A stretch of 64,000 nucleotides of DNA from Gammaproteobacteria bacterium (GTDB lineage: Bacteria; Pseudomonadota; Gammaproteobacteria; GRL18), in NCBI GenBank assembly GCA_016744395.1, contig JADGEK010000012.1:2986-66985 (forward strand). The letters run 5' to 3'. The notes beneath the pieces were generated by a model, which did no database searches, was not told the origin of the DNA, and saw only the letters and a list, made by a program, of their open reading frames with translations. Position 1 is the first letter of the stretch. Every line of letters begins with the position of its first letter. Made by a program: the position numbers and the translations under genes. This document shows, piece after piece, positions 58,492-64,000 of the stretch.

Positions 58492-59184
58492 TTATGATTC
58501 AACTTTGTTATTTTCAATACTTTTCGTGTCTGAATTAGTGAGCAACTCATAATGACGATAATAGAGTACATAGGCCATACTTTGGAATAAAAGTAAGAAA
58601 AAAAGCAATAAGAATGGATGAAGCAACTGTAAAACGCTAAAAATAAGTAAGAATACAAATGAAATGACAAGCAAAAGAATAATATCAATTAATATAGTCA
58701 TACTATAGCCTTTAGTATAGTTAAAACTATTGCTAATGGCCTCAAAGGGCGTTTGTTGTTTTAACATAACAAAGTATGGTACAAGAAACAAACGGGTGAA
58801 AAGCCAGATACCAGGTAAAATAAATAAAAGAAAACCTGCAAAAATTAAAAAGCTGGTAATAACATTTGCTAAGAGCATATATGGCCAACGCTTAAGCCCT
58901 TCAAACAAACAATTGAATACACCTCTCCCCTGTTTGCTTGCCAAACTAAAGATAAGTGCAATCAGCCCTCCTACATAAATTGGCTGTATAACCAAATTCA
59001 TCATTTGAGCAAAGGCTTTAATTGATTCAATGCCAATTTGTTCAGCACTGACATCGCCAAAAAAAATTGGAATGAGTATCTGTGCTAGTAAAATAACAAG
59101 AGCAGCAATTAATAATGTAAAAGCGAACAATTTGAATAAATTAACTCGAAAAAAATAAAAAGCTTCTTTAAATGTTTGTGTCAT
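58492..59184 (-). CDS. YciC/UPF0259-like membrane protein
   Basis: Multiple TM segments; G..LFILPGIW, A...SF..TKG. Confidence 0.7.
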   Translation of the reverse strand: MTQTFKEAFYFFRVNLFKLFAFTLLIAALVILLAQILIPIFFGDVSAEQIGIESIKAFAQMMNLVIQPIYVGGLIALIFSLASKQGRGVFNCLFEGLKRWPYMLLANVITSFLIFAGFLLFILPGIWLFTRLFLVPYFVMLKQQTPFEAISNSFNYTKGYSMTILIDIILLLVISFVFLLIFSVLQLLHPFLLLFFLLLFQSMAYVLYYRHYELLTNSDTKSIENNKVES

Positions 59185-59230
59185 GGGAGTGAATAAGATT
59201 GAATTTCAAATGTTAAATTAAAAGAAATAG

Positions 59231-59269
59231 TCAAAAGCTCTAGAGATTGTAGAAATAGCAGAGCTTTGA
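59231..59269. terminator. Hairpin downstream of the peptidase gene
   Basis: TCAAAAGCTCT...AGAGCTTTGA inverted repeat. Confidence 0.35.
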
Positions 59270-59291
59270 TTTTGGTCATAACAATAGTTTT

Positions 59292-62200
59292 TTAGGCTAA
59301 ATTTATAATTTCCATTCCAAGGTCCAGACATTCTTTTTCATGTTCATGATTACTCACTACAGCAATACTACTATCTTTATTTATAAGATAGGTTTTTGCC
59401 ACCCTAACCAGATCTTCAATCGTGACAGCTAAAATTTCTTGTCTGAATTTTTGTCTTTGCTCTGCATTTCGACCAAATAAATTGTTATGAAATGCTTGCT
59501 TAGCATCGCCAGCAGGTGATGCAGGTTTATCAAGACTGCTGATAACGCCTAAAATTGCTTCTTCTAACGCCTGATAATCATGCTCAGTATCAATTAACCA
59601 ATGGATGGATTGTTCAAAGTCAGAATAAGTGTCTGATAATCTAGGATCTCGGTATGAGAAAAATTTAAAACAGGCACTTGCAGAATCTTGGCTGGCACCA
59701 CCACCATAGGCACCACCTTGCTCTCGTATAGTACGGTGCAGATAACCATTTCTTAAGAAGCCACCTAAAATGGTCAATGCTGCAGCATCTGAGTGACCAA
59801 CAGGTACTGTGGCAAATGTTTTAGCACAAAAATTAACTTGAGTACTGGTTAACCAGGCTTGTTTCACATGTTTTTTTATTGGCTTGAGATTAATCAGGCG
59901 ATCATCAGTGGCGGACATTTGAAGCTTATTTGATTCTCCCCATAGATTTAAAATATGCTGACTGCAGGCGGAATACGAATCTTCTTCACAAACCAAAAGA
60001 AATTGAGCAGGTGAGTTCTTTAATTTAGAATGTATGCTTTTTAATAAGTCTGTCAGCTGCAGCAATGCCTCTGCTTCTTGCGTATCATCCTGCAAAGAGT
60101 TATCTAATTCTTTAATAAAGGAAATACTGGCAAGACCACGATTATTATGACTTAAATGTGCCACAGGACTCATTCCACTTGAAGCGGCTTGCATTGCTAA
60201 TGAGTGCCCACTGCCTGTAATACTGTTCTCTTTGCGAGTTCTTAATTGAGAAATGAGTTCTTTAATTCGATCCGTTTCATCAAAACGCATATTTTCAAAA
60301 GAATGCTTTAATAGCTCCGCCATTGCTTCGTGGTTCCTTAATAGCGATTTTCCTGAAACACTATAAAAGCCTAATACTTCTTGCTCGTCCTCCGTTTTGC
60401 CACGCAGACTGCTACTGGCATGTATACCACCTGAGACTTGAGATTGACGTATTTGCATCTGTAAGTAATCATCATTACCACAACCTAACTCACCAAAACA
60501 ATAATTGAATAAGGGTAAAAATTTATGTTCTTCATCGCTGAGATCAGGCAAATCAATGATCATCTGCTGATAGACAAGCCCATTAGTCCCTTGATTATAA
60601 TGAGATATTTTTAAACCCTTTTCACTCTTCTGATTTTTATGATTGTAAACCTGTTCATGGCTTTGTGGTATTTTAATGGCTTGTGGCACATCTTCAATGG
60701 TGACTTTAGGTAAAATATCTTCTACATTGTCTTCAGTCTGGTTTTGTCTTTGCTCAAGTTGAGAGGCAAGATGGATTAAATTCTCTTTTTCGACATCAGT
60801 GAGTGATGCTTTAATGTCTGCCAATTGAGCTTTTTCAGCGTCATTTCGATGCTGTTCCAACTGGTCATCGGGTTTATAAGTGACTCTGACTCGATGTGGA
60901 TTGTTAAGCAATTGAGATTTCACCAGATTTTTTACATAATCTGGATCTTGAGCTTTCTCTCGCAATGTTTGTAAAGCCACATCAAGATTCATATGAGTGA
61001 TCACATCTCCTCGATGGATTGCGGTCGATAATCCTGAGAGAATTAATTGCAGGCCAAATGGATAATGATCACCGCCAATTTCACGTTGACTGAGCTCCAA
61101 TTGGTGTAATACGGCTTCAATTTGTTCTTTATTAATACCATTTTGTGCCACATCTTCAAGGACATCAATCACCAGCTCTTGAAAAGCTTGAGCATTTTCA
61201 GGAGATGAACCTTCAAGCCCACAGAGAAAACTCATTTCTTTATTCGAATCTTCAAGGCCGCATAAGGGTGATGGGGAGTTGCCTAAGTCTGTTGTTTCTA
61301 GTGCGAGCATGAGAGGAGAAGCTGAATTTTCTAATAGTAAACTGGATAAAAATTGTGCTTCAAGTTGTTCTTCAAGGTTAATGCTTTGGCCTAAAAGCCA
61401 GGCCATAACAAGATGCGTTTTATTGCTGTGATCTTCTTCTGCATCCAAGGGGTAGCTTTCTTCAATATTAATTTGTGAAAAATAGCGCTTTTCATTATTG
61501 ACTTGGATGGTTTTATCAAGGCGTTCAAATTGAGACAGCACTTGGTTTTCAAATTTCTCCTGATGTATATGTGCAGGAATATCACCAAAAGTCATAAAAA
61601 CCGCATTACTGGGATGGTAATGTACACGATAAAATTCTTTTAACTCTTCATAACTTAAGTCAGGAATATCAGTAGGTTCCCCGCCACTATTAAAGTGATA
61701 TGTAGATGTTGGAAAAAGGTATTTACTCACCGTCTGCCATAATGCACTGACGGTAGATGACATTGCCCCTTTCATTTCATTAAAGACTACCCCCTTAAAT
61801 TGTAAGTCAGTATTTGCATCATCGCCTTGCTCAAACTCAAGTCGGTGACCTTCCTGGGCAAAATCTAATTTATCCAGACGTGAAAAAAATACGGCATCAA
61901 GATAAACATCCAATAGATTATTGAAATCTTTTGGATTTTGACTGGCAAATGGATAAGCAGTCCAATCGCTACTGGTAAAGGCATTCATGAAGGTATTCAA
62001 TGAACGTCTGATCATCATAAAAAAGGGATCTCTGACTGGGTACTTTTTACTGCCACAAAGTGCAGTGTGTTCAAGGATATGAGCGACGCCTGTAGAATCT
62101 GTTGGAATGGTTCGTAATGCGACTAAAAATACATTTTCATCATTATCAGCCGCAATGTGATAATGGTACGCACCTGTTTTTTTATGCTGAAATTGATTAA

Positions 62201-62342
62201 TGACAATATCAAGTGATTCAATTTGTTCACTCTTTATCCATTCAAAGGTTTCATGACATCTGGTCATTTCAGAAAGGGTGGCATCAGATAGAGATGAACG
62301 AGTTGATTGGTTTGTAGTATTTGTATCAGCGGCAACAGTCAT
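59292..62342 (-). CDS. M16C (PreP/insulinase-family) metallopeptidase
   Basis: GVAHILEH (HxxEH), RDPFF.M..RSLNTFMNAFT, GVVFNEMKG, IREQGGAYGG, SYRDP. Confidence 0.93.
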   Translation of the reverse strand: MTVAADTNTTNQSTRSSLSDATLSEMTRCHETFEWIKSEQIESLDIVINQFQHKKTGAYHYHIAADNDENVFLVALRTIPTDSTGVAHILEHTALCGSKKYPVRDPFFMMIRRSLNTFMNAFTSSDWTAYPFASQNPKDFNNLLDVYLDAVFFSRLDKLDFAQEGHRLEFEQGDDANTDLQFKGVVFNEMKGAMSSTVSALWQTVSKYLFPTSTYHFNSGGEPTDIPDLSYEELKEFYRVHYHPSNAVFMTFGDIPAHIHQEKFENQVLSQFERLDKTIQVNNEKRYFSQINIEESYPLDAEEDHSNKTHLVMAWLLGQSINLEEQLEAQFLSSLLLENSASPLMLALETTDLGNSPSPLCGLEDSNKEMSFLCGLEGSSPENAQAFQELVIDVLEDVAQNGINKEQIEAVLHQLELSQREIGGDHYPFGLQLILSGLSTAIHRGDVITHMNLDVALQTLREKAQDPDYVKNLVKSQLLNNPHRVRVTYKPDDQLEQHRNDAEKAQLADIKASLTDVEKENLIHLASQLEQRQNQTEDNVEDILPKVTIEDVPQAIKIPQSHEQVYNHKNQKSEKGLKISHYNQGTNGLVYQQMIIDLPDLSDEEHKFLPLFNYCFGELGCGNDDYLQMQIRQSQVSGGIHASSSLRGKTEDEQEVLGFYSVSGKSLLRNHEAMAELLKHSFENMRFDETDRIKELISQLRTRKENSITGSGHSLAMQAASSGMSPVAHLSHNNRGLASISFIKELDNSLQDDTQEAEALLQLTDLLKSIHSKLKNSPAQFLLVCEEDSYSACSQHILNLWGESNKLQMSATDDRLINLKPIKKHVKQAWLTSTQVNFCAKTFATVPVGHSDAAALTILGGFLRNGYLHRTIREQGGAYGGGASQDSASACFKFFSYRDPRLSDTYSDFEQSIHWLIDTEHDYQALEEAILGVISSLDKPASPAGDAKQAFHNNLFGRNAEQRQKFRQEILAVTIEDLVRVAKTYLINKDSSIAVVSNHEHEKECLDLGMEIINLA

Positions 62343-62549
62343 TCCAGACAGAACTCCAATTTATTATAGGTATTATGGAAAAATATTATTCATATTTTAG
62401 TAATTCAGTAAGTATTCAATATGGTATCAGTTATAACAAGATACAAGAAAAAAGTATAAGAAAGCTGAGTTTTTTCAACAAATATGAGAAAAGTTTCAAA
62501 AAATGACTATTATATATAATATTACCTATATAAAAATAAGAGTGCATAC

Positions 62550-64000
62550 ATGTCAGACGATATGAAAAGCAAACTAAAAAGTACCTGGTTAGATGGTGCC
62601 AATGCTGCCTGGCTTGAATCTCTGTATGAAAACTATCTGGAAAACCCTGAATCTGTCAGCCCTCAATGGCGAGTCCAATTTGATGTACTCAAAGACAGTA
62701 CTGCACAAAGCAGCAATGAAACACCGCACTCAATAATTCGTGATAACATAAAACGCAGCTTAAAAAGAAACACACTTTCCAGTCCAGTGCCTCCACAAGC
62801 AGCAAATTCTGTCAGTTCATGTGACATTGGGTATGAGCGAAAGCAAGTACATATCTTACAACTCATTAATTCATTTAGAATTTTAGGCCACTTTAAAGCC
62901 AATCTAAATCCACTGTATCAGGAAAATACGACCAATATTCCAGAATTAACATTGGAATACCACCAATTAACGGAATCAGATCTTAAGTTAGAGTTTGATA
63001 CAGGTTCTCTGAACACTGATGATCGGGCCAATCTCAGTAAGATACTACAGGTATTAGAGCAGACTTACTGCCACTCAATCGGTGCTGAATACATGCACAT
63101 CAGCGACACAATAGAAAAACGCTGGATCCAGAAAAAACTGGAAAGTGCCATCAGTATACCGACTTTACATTACAAAGCACGGCAACGGATATTACGACGC
63201 TTAACAGCTGCGGAAGGATTAGAAAAATACCTGCATACTCGTTATGTTGGTCAAAAACGTTTTTCACTAGAAGGTGCTGAATCACTTATTCCTTTATTGG
63301 ATGAGTTAGTACAGTCTTCCGCAACCTATGGTATTAAAGAAACAGTCATTGGCATGGCACATCGGGGCAGGCTTAATGTCCTCATTAATATTTTAGGCAA
63401 AACACCTGGCGAATTATTTGATGAATTTGAAGGAAAAAAAGAAACAGGTGAATACATGGGAGATGTTAAATATCACATGGGATTTTCTTCCGATATTTTA
63501 ACTCCTCTGTCTTCAATGCATTTAACATTAGCCTTCAACCCTTCCCACCTGGAAATTGTTTCCCCTGTGGTTGAAGGATCAGTCAGAGCAAGACAAGAAC
63601 GTCGATTTGATAAAACAGGTGATCAGATCATTCCCATACAACTCCACGGTGATTCTGCATTTGCTGGCCAGGGTGTAGTCATGGAAACCTTTCAGATGTC
63701 ACAATCCAGAGGATATTGTACAAAGGGGACAATTCATATTGTGATCAATAACCAAATTGGATTTACCACCAGCAATGTTGAAGATGTGCGTTCTACTCAA
63801 TACTGCACCGAAGTATCTAAAATGATTAATGCTCCTATTTTTCATGTCAATGGTGATGATCCGGAAGCCGTAGTCTTTGTGGCTAAACTGGCCCTGGATT
63901 ATCGTATAAAATTTAAAAAAGATGTGGTTATTGACATGATCTGTTATCGACGTCATGGCCACAATGAAGCTGACGAGCCTTCTGCAACACAGCCTATGAT
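62550..64000 (+). CDS. sucA: 2-oxoglutarate dehydrogenase E1, 5' part (runs off the window edge)
   Basis: Manual translation: MSDDMKSKLKSTWLDGANAAWLESLYENYL, YVGQKRFSLEG, GMAHRGRLN, GDVKYHMG, HGDSAFAGQG, CYRRHGHNEADEP. Confidence 0.96.
   Translation, partial: MSDDMKSKLKSTWLDGANAAWLESLYENYLENPESVSPQWRVQFDVLKDSTAQSSNETPHSIIRDNIKRSLKRNTLSSPVPPQAANSVSSCDIGYERKQVHILQLINSFRILGHFKANLNPLYQENTTNIPELTLEYHQLTESDLKLEFDTGSLNTDDRANLSKILQVLEQTYCHSIGAEYMHISDTIEKRWIQKKLESAISIPTLHYKARQRILRRLTAAEGLEKYLHTRYVGQKRFSLEGAESLIPLLDELVQSSATYGIKETVIGMAHRGRLNVLINILGKTPGELFDEFEGKKETGEYMGDVKYHMGFSSDILTPLSSMHLTLAFNPSHLEIVSPVVEGSVRARQERRFDKTGDQIIPIQLHGDSAFAGQGVVMETFQMSQSRGYCTKGTIHIVINNQIGFTTSNVEDVRSTQYCTEVSKMINAPIFHVNGDDPEAVVFVAKLALDYRIKFKKDVVIDMICYRRHGHNEADEPSATQPM

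Noticed and set aside
1806..63962. Many short ORFs in the track that overlap long genes (e.g. 1806, 3497, 8176, 21706, 30854, 38045, 44494, 63699)
   Set aside because: They are shadow or antisense frames of well-supported genes and carry no motifs; 63699..63962 is antisense to sucA.

Overview
AT-rich (roughly 35% GC by eye) bacterial chromosomal window, most like a marine gammaproteobacterium. I found no rRNA, tRNA, CRISPR array or intact transposase. In order, it contains: a partial PLD-like gene; a six-gene heme-enzyme operon (alpha-dioxygenase-like peroxidase, two catalase-fold proteins, a DyP and two conserved unknowns); a zrg-type zinc ABC operon with a RAPP-ending leader ORF; an RND pump with its two-component system; and a 12-kb island (EF-hand protein, BaeS/BaeR-like pair, fliDST, flgDEKL, surface-antigen protein). 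After these come an MCP/LysM-FecR/CHASE2-EAL operon, a decayed patatin gene, dacB, small stress proteins, a metallophosphoesterase-CHAD-ParA cluster, a PilZ/TPR/WD40/DUF6499/REC/GST run, an M16C peptidase and the start of sucA. The strongest candidate for a new system is the island. It encodes only distal, exported flagellar parts, with no flagellin, rod, ring, motor or export genes. Four promoters in it (EF-hand gene, fliD, flgD, surface antigen) share one architecture: three 11-bp-phased hexamers followed 9 nt later by a TAAAnT -10. This suggests a regulon run by the resident BaeR-like regulator outside the sigma28/sigma54 cascade. Other candidates are a CHAD-ParA polyphosphate-positioning module whose first gene appears to start at ATT, an oxylipin-type heme cluster whose catalase-fold proteins lack the distal His, and a metal-sensing ribosome-arrest leader. 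All family assignments come from motif recognition by eye; no database searches were run.
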